Source: Bacteroidales bacterium
GTDB lineage: Bacteria > Bacteroidota > Bacteroidia > Bacteroidales > WCHB1-69
Length of the DNA: 37,590 nt
Assembly: GCA_031272415.1 (NCBI GenBank)
Contig: JAISTU010000151.1
Coordinates: 1 to 37,590 of the forward strand
Reading direction: 5' to 3'
Shown: in pieces, positions 17,823-26,894 of the stretch
Layout: the number at the start of each line of letters is the position of its first letter
Position numbering within the stretch: position 1 is the stretch's first letter
The notes under the pieces: model-generated
The model's input: only the letters and a program-made list of their open reading frames with translations
Database searches by the model: none
Told to the model about the DNA's origin: nothing
Position numbers and translations under genes: made by a program

Positions 17823-19331
17823 TTATTTATCTATTATTCTTTTAATTTCTTCCACCATTTTTCTATCATTGGAAAGTCGGGGAACTTTGTATTGACCGCC
17901 TAATTTTTGTTTATCCGCCAACCAATGCAAAAAAGTCCCTTTTTTTACCGAACAAACCAAAGGCGACTGTAATAAAATATCATTGGCACGCTTGGCATCA
18001 TAATCGGAATTGAGTTTTTTGAGTTCCGCATCCAATATTTTTGTAAACAATTGTAAATCAGATGGTTGTGTTTCAAATTCTATCAACCATTCATGTGCCG
18101 CTTGCGTAGAAGATTGCAAATAAATAGGGGCTGCCGTGTATTCACTAATGACCGCATTGGTCTGATTACAAGCAACTTGCAATGCTTTGTCTGCATTATC
18201 CATCATCAATTCTTCCCCAAAGGCATTGATAAAATAACTTGTCCGACCGCAAATGCTGATACGATATGGCTCAATAGACGTAAATTCAATCACATCGCCC
18301 ACTCTGTAACGCCACAAACCTGCATTGGTAGAAATCACAAGCGCATATTTTTGACCCGTTTTGACTGCCTCCAATGGAATGGCTTTGCCTGAAATATCCG
18401 AAATATTTTCAAACGGTATAAATTCATAAAAAATACCATTATCGGTCAGCAAAAGCATATCTTCCGAATCGCTACGGTCTTGAGCGGCAAAATAACCCTC
18501 ACTTGAGTTGTAAATCTGTTGATAATATAAATTGCTGTTCGGGAAAAGGGCTTGATATTGCTCCTTATATGGCGAAAATGTAACGCCCCCATACATAAAC
18601 AATTGCACATCCTGCCAGACCGAAGACATATCGGATTTGCCTGTTATTTCCATAATGCGTTTAAAAATTATCAATAACCAAGATGGTACGCCACCGATTA
18701 TTCTAACATCTTGATTTTTAGTATATTGTGCAAAAACTTCAACTTTTTCTTCCCAATTGTCCAACAAAGCGATAGATTTTGGGGGTGTTCGCATTGTATT
18801 TGCCCAAAATGGCAACATTTGCGTCAAAATGGCTGATATATCGCCACAAACCACTGACGGCTTGTTATCTACTTGCCGCAAAGCACCGGTGAGCGACAAA
18901 TATTTGCCTCCAAAAATAGTAGAATTTGGACAATTATTTAAGTACAAAACAAAAGTATCACGTCCGCATTTGTAATTATTTTCCCACAGCGATTCACGGC
19001 TGACAGGAATATACTTACTGCGGGCATTGCTGGTGCCGGAAGACTTTGAAAACCAACTAATTTTACCTCTCCAAAGCACATCTTTTTCACCTCTCATCAT
19101 GCGACTAATGTAAGGCTCTATCTGCTCGTATGAATTGATAGGCAAACGATTAGAGAATACAGCGTAATCCTTAATCGATTGATAATCAAAAGATTTGCCC
19201 CATTGAGTGCATTGAGCAGATTTTATCAAAGTTTTAAAAATCAGTTCTTGTGATGCAACAGAATGACGCATTATCTTATCTATATGTCCGCTATGAGCAA
19301 AAAAGTAGGCTTTTACAAGTTTATTTCTCAT
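17823..19331 (-). CDS. GH3 (auxin-responsive promoter) family adenylating enzyme homologue
   Basis: 502 aa with FSKSSGTSNARSKYIPVS (the GH3 P-loop-like motif), YGGVTFSPY, YNSSEGYFA and WRYRVGDVIEF. Confidence 0.85.
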   Translation of the reverse strand: MRNKLVKAYFFAHSGHIDKIMRHSVASQELIFKTLIKSAQCTQWGKSFDYQSIKDYAVFSNRLPINSYEQIEPYISRMMRGEKDVLWRGKISWFSKSSGTSNARSKYIPVSRESLWENNYKCGRDTFVLYLNNCPNSTIFGGKYLSLTGALRQVDNKPSVVCGDISAILTQMLPFWANTMRTPPKSIALLDNWEEKVEVFAQYTKNQDVRIIGGVPSWLLIIFKRIMEITGKSDMSSVWQDVQLFMYGGVTFSPYKEQYQALFPNSNLYYQQIYNSSEGYFAAQDRSDSEDMLLLTDNGIFYEFIPFENISDISGKAIPLEAVKTGQKYALVISTNAGLWRYRVGDVIEFTSIEPYRISICGRTSYFINAFGEELMMDNADKALQVACNQTNAVISEYTAAPIYLQSSTQAAHEWLIEFETQPSDLQLFTKILDAELKKLNSDYDAKRANDILLQSPLVCSVKKGTFLHWLADKQKLGGQYKVPRLSNDRKMVEEIKRIIDK

Positions 19332-19385
19332 AGAATCAAAATTCCAACATTTTTGTTTTTAGTACTCTTTTGAATTTGCATTTTG

Positions 19386-19553
19386 CAAAAATACACAAAT
19401 TTTTCAATTAAAAATTAAAAAACCTTTTTTTTCAATTGAGAATGGAGAATTGAGAATGATTTTTTTTGCATTTTGGTGCGAAAATGGGGAAATAAATAGA
19501 AAAATCTAAAATCGTAAATCTACACTCTCCACTCTGAAAAAAAAAGGTTTTTA
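19386..19553 (-). repeat. Promoter cassette copy C plus an inverted partner arm abutting the helicase stop codon
   Basis: -7 box caaaaata at 19386-19393, caattaaaaattaaaaaacc, T8, variant heptads gagaatggagaattgagaatga (19438-19459) and ttttttgcattttgg. The inverted arm tctacactctccactctgaaaaaaaaaggtttttaatt (19519-19553) runs into the TAA of the helicase gene. Confidence 0.7.
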
Positions 19554-20978
19554 ATTAATATTTGTACCTTCTTCTATCCAAAATAATTTTTCTTTGGCAC
19601 GTGTGATGGCGGTATAGAGCCATCTGTAATAATCTTGTTTTATCTCATTTTCAGGTACATAGCCTTTGTCAACGAAGACGGTATCCCAGCCACCGCCCTG
19701 TGTTTTGTGGCAAGTTTGAGCGTATGCAAATTTTACTTGCATGGCGTTCAAATATGGGTCAGTTTTGATTTTTTTAAACCGTTGAGAGCGTGGCACGATG
19801 TCCATATAATCCTTTTCTATTGCAAAAAAGAGTTCTCTCCATTGCTCATAGGGCAAAGCGGGGGTGTCGGTATAAAGCGATGAAAGGATAATTTTTGCCT
19901 CGAAAATTTTCTCTTCTGTGTCCAAAAGTTGCAAAGAAACATCTGCAAAGTCCATATTGTATTTATTTTCAATATCATACACTTTTATAACTTTCAAAAT
20001 ATCGCCATTGGCAATTAAGTCGGCTTGTTTTTTTTCATGGCTTAACCAGTAGTAATTATTTTTTACATTCATCAGTAAATCAGAGTGTTGCAAAATTTCA
20101 TCTCGCCAAAGAATGCGATTACGGATAGCCTGATTGAGCATATTGGCTTGTTTATTGGTGCGAACAATGGCAACTGTATTTTCCATACCTGATTGATTAT
20201 AAGCATTTTCTATTTCTTCCAATATTTCTGAACGGGAAATGATTTTGACATCTGAATTTTCCTTTTGACAATGAATTTGATAATCTTTGTGTGCTCCCGA
20301 TGTCAATAAATGTCTGATTTTTGTTGCATTAAACAGAATATCAGACTGTTGCTGTTGCCGAACAACATCTTTCAATTCACATTCAAAAACCAATTGTGAA
20401 TATCTATCTTTCAACAAAACGGCATCTAAAGCAGGACTTTCATTCAATCCCACCGGTGGCAATTGTGCATTATCGCCTATCAACACTAAACGACAATTGC
20501 TCCCCTGTTCTATGTATTCAAAAAGATGACTTAAAAGATAACTGTCTCTAAACCAATCATTTCCGTTACTTGTTGGGTCATCATACAGCATAGAAGCCTC
20601 ATCTACAAAAAAGAAAGCGTTTTTGTGTTTATTTACATTTTGTTGCAATGTCAGCCCTGCATCTTTGTCCATTTTCATTCTGTAAATTTCTCTGTGGACG
20701 GTAGATGCTTTTTTGGCAGCATAAGCCCCCAGCACTTTTGCGGCTCTACCTGTTGGTGCCAAAAGGACAGTCTCTATTCCACAGGCATTTAAAGCATGTA
20801 CAAAAGCACTGATAAGCGACGTTTTTCCGGTGCCTGCATAGCCTTGCAACAACATCACTTTTTGTTGTTCTTTGCAACAAACAAAGTTCATAAAAGTTGT
20901 TATGGCATTTTTTTGCCCTTCTGTTGGTTCTGTTTGTAAATAATTGATAACCAATTGATTAAAATCTTCTTTTTTCAC
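19551..20978 (-). CDS. RecD/Pif1-like SF1 DNA helicase (AAA_30 + UvrD_C_2 type)
   Basis: 475 aa with Walker A GYAGTGKTS, Walker B FFFVDEASML, VLIGDNAQLPPV, and C-terminal AYAQTCHKTQGGGWDTVFV and YTAITRAKEKL. Confidence 0.8.
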   Translation of the reverse strand: MKKEDFNQLVINYLQTEPTEGQKNAITTFMNFVCCKEQQKVMLLQGYAGTGKTSLISAFVHALNACGIETVLLAPTGRAAKVLGAYAAKKASTVHREIYRMKMDKDAGLTLQQNVNKHKNAFFFVDEASMLYDDPTSNGNDWFRDSYLLSHLFEYIEQGSNCRLVLIGDNAQLPPVGLNESPALDAVLLKDRYSQLVFECELKDVVRQQQQSDILFNATKIRHLLTSGAHKDYQIHCQKENSDVKIISRSEILEEIENAYNQSGMENTVAIVRTNKQANMLNQAIRNRILWRDEILQHSDLLMNVKNNYYWLSHEKKQADLIANGDILKVIKVYDIENKYNMDFADVSLQLLDTEEKIFEAKIILSSLYTDTPALPYEQWRELFFAIEKDYMDIVPRSQRFKKIKTDPYLNAMQVKFAYAQTCHKTQGGGWDTVFVDKGYVPENEIKQDYYRWLYTAITRAKEKLFWIEEGTNIN

Positions 20979-20984
20979 GCTTTT

Positions 20985-22499
20985 TTAGTTTTGTGATGCT
21001 TTTTTCATTCTTCTGATACATTTAAACTCCTTAAAATAGACAAAGGCAACATAAGAAAATAAGATTAAAGTATTGATAATCAATTTAATAACCAATTGAT
21101 GTTCGCCAAAGTATTGAAAAGGTATCAAAAAATAAGAGATTGAAAAAAGAGCCAATGCAACACTTATATACAGCAATATTTTTTTGACATTATAAGGCAC
21201 TGGATAGACTTTTTGCCCCAAAAAGTAGGAGGCAAGCATCATCGCAAAATAAGTAATTAAATGCGTCCATGCTGCACCCATAAAACCTATGGTCGGGATT
21301 AAAAGGAAATTCAAACCTATTGTCAGCACCGTCCCGCAGACTGTAATATAAGCCCCATATTGCGTTTTGCCGGTCAATTTGTACCAAATGGAAAGGTTAA
21401 AATTGATACCCAAAATCAAATATGCCAGCAACATAATGGGAACAACTGCCATTCCTTCTCGATATTCTTTTCCCGTAAAGTATTGAAAACCATCAATATA
21501 CATCATTACAAATAAAAATATAAATCCGCAAACAATCACAAAATAGGTCATCACTTGTGCATATTTTTCTTTGTCGTTATGCTTTTGATAGAGAGAAAAG
21601 AAAAACGGCTCGGCAGCAAACCGAAATGCCTCCTGAAACAGTCGCATCAATATCGCAATTTTTACACAAGCCGAATAAACGCCCACATAATACATAGCAG
21701 TATGCGAAATATCGCCAGCCAAAAATTTGAGCATAATTCTATCTATAGACTCGTTGGCAATGCCCGCCAATCCCAAAATCATTAAAGGAAGGGCATATTT
21801 TAACATCCGTTTGAGCAATTGCCAATCAATAGACAATTTGATAAATTTTAAATGCGTAAAAAAGAGCATTATAAATTGAACACAGGAGGCTATTAAGTTG
21901 GAAATGAACGCATAACCTATTCCTATTTCGGGCTTATATATATGTGAAATCAGGTCAGGGAGTATATTATTTTCCAACATTTTGGGGCAAATCCACAAAA
22001 AGAAAACATTTAAGCCAACATTGAGGGCGACATTGCAAATTTTCAAAAAAGCGAACAAATAGGGGCGATTTTCGGAGCGTAATTTGGCATAAGGCACATA
22101 AGTCATGGCATCTAAACCCAACATTAACACAAACCAACGCACATATTCGGGGTGCTGGGCATAATCTATCAAAGAGGCTATTTGACCGGAAAATATCAAT
22201 CCCAACACCACAAAAAGCGAAGAGGTACAAAAAAGAGCCGTTAAAGCCGTCCGGAACACCTTTTTACGGTCGTTTTCAAGTTCCGAAAATCGAAAAAATG
22301 TGGTCTCCATTCCGTAGGATAAAACGACCAACAAAAGGGCTGAATAGGCATAAAATTCGTTATAAATGCCATAATATTCAGGATTTCCGAAAATATAAGT
22401 ATGGAAAGGCACCAGCACATAACTCAAAAAACGCTGTACCATAGTCGTACCGCCATAAATGACCGTCTGTGTCGCTAATTTTTTGAGCGGTTCTTCCAT
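20985..22499 (-). CDS. Polysaccharide/oligosaccharide flippase family membrane protein (MOP/Wzx-like)
   Basis: 504 aa and strongly hydrophobic, with about 12-14 predicted TM helices. The N-terminus (TVIYGGTTMVQRFLSYVLVPF) is typical of Bacteroidota polysaccharide biosynthesis proteins. Confidence 0.6.
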   Translation of the reverse strand: MEEPLKKLATQTVIYGGTTMVQRFLSYVLVPFHTYIFGNPEYYGIYNEFYAYSALLLVVLSYGMETTFFRFSELENDRKKVFRTALTALFCTSSLFVVLGLIFSGQIASLIDYAQHPEYVRWFVLMLGLDAMTYVPYAKLRSENRPYLFAFLKICNVALNVGLNVFFLWICPKMLENNILPDLISHIYKPEIGIGYAFISNLIASCVQFIMLFFTHLKFIKLSIDWQLLKRMLKYALPLMILGLAGIANESIDRIMLKFLAGDISHTAMYYVGVYSACVKIAILMRLFQEAFRFAAEPFFFSLYQKHNDKEKYAQVMTYFVIVCGFIFLFVMMYIDGFQYFTGKEYREGMAVVPIMLLAYLILGINFNLSIWYKLTGKTQYGAYITVCGTVLTIGLNFLLIPTIGFMGAAWTHLITYFAMMLASYFLGQKVYPVPYNVKKILLYISVALALFSISYFLIPFQYFGEHQLVIKLIINTLILFSYVAFVYFKEFKCIRRMKKASQN

Positions 22500-22518
22500 T
22501 TTTGAATAAAAAATTATA

Positions 22519-23406
22519 TTATTCTATTAGTTTTTTCTCTTCAATTTGCAAAATTTGTTGCGTAGTTTTGTCAATTATATACGCAATTAAGTGGCAATGT
22601 GCTGTGTTCCATTGTGTTGTATTGAGTGCAATGGCAAACGCATTGATAGTCGTATCGCCGGCTTGCGAAATGCCGAGTGCTACTCCTTCATACGAAGTTG
22701 CTCCACATCTTAAAACGTGATTATGAACATAATCGCACATGGTCGCCAAATCTCCATTGGCAACATTTCCCTTTTGAGGTGCAACAATAGAATCTTCCAC
22801 TAATGCAACACAAATTCGAGCACCGGAGTCAATAGTACTCAAAAGGCTCGTTTTAACAAAAATACAAACCGTATCGTTGTGTATATCCGGTATAATTTGC
22901 AAGCCGATAGATGGTGCTTTCCGCTCAATGGAACGCATGGATGCCTCCCAATTAAGGTCATCTACCAAAGGTTTTGTGCCAAAGGTCAATCGGTTAATCA
23001 TTCCTTTGGGTAATCCGGCATCGGACGCTCCAAACGCATTATCAATTGCCGTTCCCATGTCGGTACGAAAATCGGTGGTAAAGGCACAATCTCCTCCGCT
23101 TGCATCGGGACGTGATAAACTGCCGGTATGAATGGAAACGACTATCAAAGTGTCGCCCATTGCAACTTTCATTTGTGCTGCTGTTCGTTGTCCGCGTGGG
23201 CAATTAGGGCATTTATGACCCGTAAAATCCTCCAATAAATACTTCTGTATCACATCATTAGCATTCAAAGGCGGAAACGTAGGAGTATCACAATACGTTA
23301 TCTCAACCGTCTGCGTAGAATACGGCTTCTCTATTTTATCACATGTGAGCAATAAAATCGCTACAAAAACCAACAAACTCTCTAAAATTAGAATCTTTTT
23401 AATCAT
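22519..23406 (-). CDS. Omp28-related thioredoxin-fold lipoprotein
   Basis: 295 aa with a lipoprotein signal (LLLTC) and LLEDFTGHKCPNCPRG, a CxxC motif in the context typical of the Omp28-related family. Confidence 0.6.
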   Translation of the reverse strand: MIKKILILESLLVFVAILLLTCDKIEKPYSTQTVEITYCDTPTFPPLNANDVIQKYLLEDFTGHKCPNCPRGQRTAAQMKVAMGDTLIVVSIHTGSLSRPDASGGDCAFTTDFRTDMGTAIDNAFGASDAGLPKGMINRLTFGTKPLVDDLNWEASMRSIERKAPSIGLQIIPDIHNDTVCIFVKTSLLSTIDSGARICVALVEDSIVAPQKGNVANGDLATMCDYVHNHVLRCGATSYEGVALGISQAGDTTINAFAIALNTTQWNTAHCHLIAYIIDKTTQQILQIEEKKLIE

Positions 23407-23449
23407 TTTTGCAAATTTTTATCTATTGTTTTATATTATAAGTAAAATA

Positions 23450-23545
23450 CAAAAATACACAAATTTATCAATTATCAATTAAAAACTTTTTTTTCAGAGT
23501 GTAGATTTTTTTTTTGCATTTTGGGATAAAATTGTTCTAAAAAAT
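23450..23545 (-). repeat. Promoter-bearing intergenic repeat cassette, copy D (upstream of the Omp28-like gene)
   Basis: -7 box at 23450-23457, caattaaaaac, T8, a short heptad unit cagagtgtaga (23495-23505), then tttttttttgcattttgggataaaattgttctaaaaaa. Confidence 0.7.
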
Positions 23546-23554
23546 GAAAAGCAG

Positions 23555-26044
23555 TCAATTAATAACTGCAGAAGGGGCTTGTTTTTCTTTTTCACGCACA
23601 AAATCCAACAAAAAATACACATATTTAAACAGAATTTTATAGTAATATTTCATGCTGCGACCTTGCTTGGCAAATTTTGTCAAAAGTGAATAAAAAAGAG
23701 GTATATTGGGGATAGGTATTACATTATTTGCCTCATCTATGAGAATAAAATGGTCAAAAAAACGAATTTCCATATTTCGGATATAAAAATTGCATAATTG
23801 ATACTTATGGTTGCCAATTTTGTCAAAAATGATAATAATAAATAAATTTTTTGTATATAATAACTCATTGAACTCCATATATTTACGTTTATTTCTCCAA
23901 TCAAAATTTTCGGCTTTGAAAAAACGATGTATTCTTAAACCTTTCTTATTTTCGTGCATCCATTGTGCTTTTATGCCAAAATGACAGCAGGCAACATGAT
24001 TATTAGGAATTATGATGGTGCAATTGTTGTTCGGCAATAGTTTTTCATACGCAAAACGGATGTCGCATCCATTGATATAACTTTCAGTTCTTGCCGTATT
24101 TTTGTCAAAAATTTCTTTGTTTTTCTTGTCAATTTTATCAATACATTCTTGCGGATTTTCTTTTAACCAATGCCTTGCAGGAAGATTTTTAATACATTTT
24201 GCTAACTTATTGTCATTCAATGAGTTTAATGCTATTCCAAGATACATAAACGGATGATACTTGGAGTTTTCAATTTTTATAATATATCCCATGTTTTTAC
24301 ATGTTAATGTTTTGGTATTGAAATGTTTATGCCCCATTGTTTCCCATTTTTCACCCCATTGTGTCCACTCTTTGTCTACACTTATCATGTATTTTTCAGT
24401 GGTAATTTTATTGACCAAAGCATAAAAATCTCTGTGATTGGGGTGATAATAACACTTTTCCGTACAAAATTTGCTATCGCCAAAATAGGTATAGCAAGTC
24501 GGTCGGCTGTGAAGATATGCTAATTGATAGGTGTCATTTTCAAATACTATTTCTGTCGGTTTATCCTCTTTTTGTTGTATTTGAATATTTTTATTCTCCA
24601 CTTCTTTTTCAAGTTGCAAAAACTTCGTTAATGCTAATGAAGCCATAGATTCAGTGAAAGATTCCACGCATGAACGTACATTTTTAAAATCTTCCAAATT
24701 TTTCAACAGGTATTCATATTTATCTCGACGCCCATTACCATAAATCACACGTGATGGCTTATAATTTATAATATCTTGATAATCATGTGTAATATAAAAA
24801 CTTTCTTCTCCACATTCTCGTTTGTACTCCTTTTTTTCTATTGTAGGAAACAGATATTCCAAAAAACAATGTTCATTGCGTTTTTTTTCAACAATAACAA
24901 CAAATCTTTTTTTTAGACGATCTTTGAGAGGCATAGTATAAGAGCAATGCAAACTCCCTTTCCCGTGACATACTTCTGTTTTTCCAAAATGAGCGTAACA
25001 AATACAAGGATTGCGAATATCTACAATCTTAAAAGTTTCATCTTCAAAAATTACTCCATATTCATTGTCAATAATTTCATTGATTATTGCAACTAATTCT
25101 GTTCTTTCGGACATCACCTCTGCCATATTTTTATTTCGCACATCCACTATCGACTTTAAATTATTGTATTGATTATTAACAAGTTGAAGGCATTGTGCTG
25201 ATAACTCTTTATGTATAGTCTCTATTGCTGCCCGCGATTGAGGATTTTTTATTGAATCTAATATTCGACCAATATGCATGCATCTGTCCATTTCGTCAGT
25301 AATATAAGGCTCATATTTTGAGGGATTATATGCGGCATATAAATTATAATAACGGCTTGAATATCCTTTTGTAATATATGATATTCTCTCCCCCTGCTGA
25401 CATGTCTGATAATCGCTCATGTATAATTTGGGGTTTTCTTCTTCATAATGCAATTGAAATTTCTTCTCGCTTTTTTTGAGGATTAAAATGTACAATTTTC
25501 CTTTTTTGTTATAACTTTCAAAAGTGTCTATATTTGAGGTCGTACACCATTGCGTACCCTTGCCATAAAGACAATTAGCGGCATAAGTTTTGGTGTGTAC
25601 CAATAAATAATCCTCATCTTCGTACAATTTTTCCGCCTCTTCATGTTTAATTTCTTTGATAATTTCTGTTTTGCTTTCAATCGGTGTTTCTATAAAATCT
25701 TGTATAACAACATACATCTCCGATAAGGATTTATATTTATTTAAATCATTGATTTTTAGTTGATTATGTTTTACTGCTTTATCAAATACAGGCAAATATT
25801 CTTCTGCTTTGTACAAATCTTCTGTTTTGAGGTTATCTGTTTTGTATAAATTGAGTAGCCATTTGGCATATTTTCCCATTTTTTTTGTCGCTATATTGCT
25901 CGAAATGCTATCCGTTTCCATAATTTGCCAAAAAACACTATCAGGCACAGTCGGGTAATACTTATAATGTATTTCGTCTGCGGGCATGTTTTTTGACGGG
26001 AAAAGACGCAATTGATAGCACGGCATAGGCTCAATATTTAACAA
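23555..26044 (-). CDS. Uncharacterised 829-aa cytoplasmic protein built from four repeats of a Cys-containing module (C-x-Y-x-x-FG-x4-C ... hydrophobic strand ... K-EK-[FY]-x-[LI])
   Basis: A long uninterrupted ORF with no signal peptide. Repeat cores lie at about aa 139-200, 330-397, 498-556 and 661-753 (nt 25445-25630, 24854-25057, 24377-24553, 23786-24064). The start is uncertain: Met1 overlaps the upstream gene by 14 nt, and Met7 (26026) or Met20 (25987) are alternatives. Confidence 0.8.
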   Translation of the reverse strand: MLNIEPMPCYQLRLFPSKNMPADEIHYKYYPTVPDSVFWQIMETDSISSNIATKKMGKYAKWLLNLYKTDNLKTEDLYKAEEYLPVFDKAVKHNQLKINDLNKYKSLSEMYVVIQDFIETPIESKTEIIKEIKHEEAEKLYEDEDYLLVHTKTYAANCLYGKGTQWCTTSNIDTFESYNKKGKLYILILKKSEKKFQLHYEEENPKLYMSDYQTCQQGERISYITKGYSSRYYNLYAAYNPSKYEPYITDEMDRCMHIGRILDSIKNPQSRAAIETIHKELSAQCLQLVNNQYNNLKSIVDVRNKNMAEVMSERTELVAIINEIIDNEYGVIFEDETFKIVDIRNPCICYAHFGKTEVCHGKGSLHCSYTMPLKDRLKKRFVVIVEKKRNEHCFLEYLFPTIEKKEYKRECGEESFYITHDYQDIINYKPSRVIYGNGRRDKYEYLLKNLEDFKNVRSCVESFTESMASLALTKFLQLEKEVENKNIQIQQKEDKPTEIVFENDTYQLAYLHSRPTCYTYFGDSKFCTEKCYYHPNHRDFYALVNKITTEKYMISVDKEWTQWGEKWETMGHKHFNTKTLTCKNMGYIIKIENSKYHPFMYLGIALNSLNDNKLAKCIKNLPARHWLKENPQECIDKIDKKNKEIFDKNTARTESYINGCDIRFAYEKLLPNNNCTIIIPNNHVACCHFGIKAQWMHENKKGLRIHRFFKAENFDWRNKRKYMEFNELLYTKNLFIIIIFDKIGNHKYQLCNFYIRNMEIRFFDHFILIDEANNVIPIPNIPLFYSLLTKFAKQGRSMKYYYKILFKYVYFLLDFVREKEKQAPSAVIN

Positions 26045-26543
26045 TCACATACTCATCGGTAAAAACATGGTTACTGTGGTGATTTTGGCGGTCAATGAGC
26101 CAACACTCAAAGCGAATAGTGTCCGTAGGAAAATATAACTCTCTTATATACCGTACATTAAGCGGGACTTCAATAGTGCCTGAAATAGATTCTTCCCCCG
26201 AAGACAACAAAGGCGTAACCCATGCGCCAAAACTGCCAAAAGTATCTACACAATGCCATTGTTCATTTTCTTTCAAAAAAAGCATAATCTTCAGATTTTC
26301 AGCCGTATCCGAAGGGCGTGGCGTCTCCCCAATATCACCATCACCGTCTGTAAATTTCAACAACAGTCGCAACTCTTCTATATTTTGAACACTTGCGATA
26401 TGCTCCAAACTTACAAACTCCAAATATGGCTCAACCGGATATTTATAATGCGGTTCGCAGGCTGTAAAAAAAAACCAACAAAACACCAACATTCCTGCTA
26501 ATCTCCATATAATCAATCTATTACTGTTTATGCTATATTCCAT
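26031..26543 (-). CDS. Hypothetical lipoprotein (170 aa), co-operonic with the 829-aa protein
   Basis: It has a signal peptide with a lipobox (FFFTAC), an acidic DGDGDIGE loop and a beta-rich remainder. A -7 box lies 24 nt upstream of its ATG. Confidence 0.65.
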   Translation of the reverse strand: MEYSINSNRLIIWRLAGMLVFCWFFFTACEPHYKYPVEPYLEFVSLEHIASVQNIEELRLLLKFTDGDGDIGETPRPSDTAENLKIMLFLKENEQWHCVDTFGSFGAWVTPLLSSGEESISGTIEVPLNVRYIRELYFPTDTIRFECWLIDRQNHHSNHVFTDEYVIVKY

Positions 26544-26567
26544 TTTTTTCCTTTTTTTAGACTATTG

Positions 26568-26707
26568 CAAAAATACACAAAAATTTAATTAAAAAATAAA
26601 AACCTTTTTTTTGCAGAGTGTAGAGTTTTTTTAGAGTGAAGAGTGAAGAGTGCAGAGTGTAGAGATTTTAGATTTAGGATTTTAGATTTTTCTATTTTTT
26701 TTTTGCA
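26568..26707 (-). repeat. Promoter cassette copy E-left with an expanded heptad array
   Basis: -7 box at 26568-26575, then aattaaaaaataaaaacc and T8. Heptads are gcagagtgtagag (26613-26625) and agagtgaagagtgaagagtgcagagtgtagaga (26633-26665). These are followed by the gattttagattt duplication and T10-GCATT. Confidence 0.75.
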
Positions 26708-26894
26708 TTTGTCTGAACCACGATTTTCATAAGATTTATGTGATTGGCAGGATTATTTTATGATTGTAAAGACGGTGCCGTCTCTATAATTCTCTTGTCT
26801 GAACTGTTGTCTGAACTGTAATTTGGAATGATTTTTTTGATTTGTGTGAAATCATAGTAATCATGTTAATCATTCAAAATCAAAGTTCAGACAA
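26708..26894. mobile_element. Compound or nested MITE copy carrying the GTAAAGACGG palindrome remnant and a tandem TTGTCTGAACTG duplication
   Basis: The left TIR is tttgtctgaaccacgatttt and the right TIR is caaagttcagacaag. The internal gtaaagacggtgccgtctctata is at 26767-26789, and ttgtctgaactgttgtctgaactg is at 26795-26818. Confidence 0.6.

Noticed and set aside
19551-20978. RecD-like helicase as part of a defence system
   Set aside because: There is no adjacent nuclease, methylase, sensor or other defence partner. It is co-transcribed with envelope genes and resembles the stand-alone RecD/Pif1-like helicase common in Bacteroidota.
26613-26690. Whether the tandem short repeats are a CRISPR array
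   Set aside because: The period is 7 bp with no spacers, there are no cas genes, and the same units occur in every promoter cassette.
26767-26789. AGACGGTGCCGTCT resembles the Neisseria DNA uptake sequence (GCCGTCTGAA)
   Set aside because: The match is partial, and the genome context (Bacteroidota-type promoters and genes) is unrelated. It is explained as a deleted copy of the local 20-nt palindrome.
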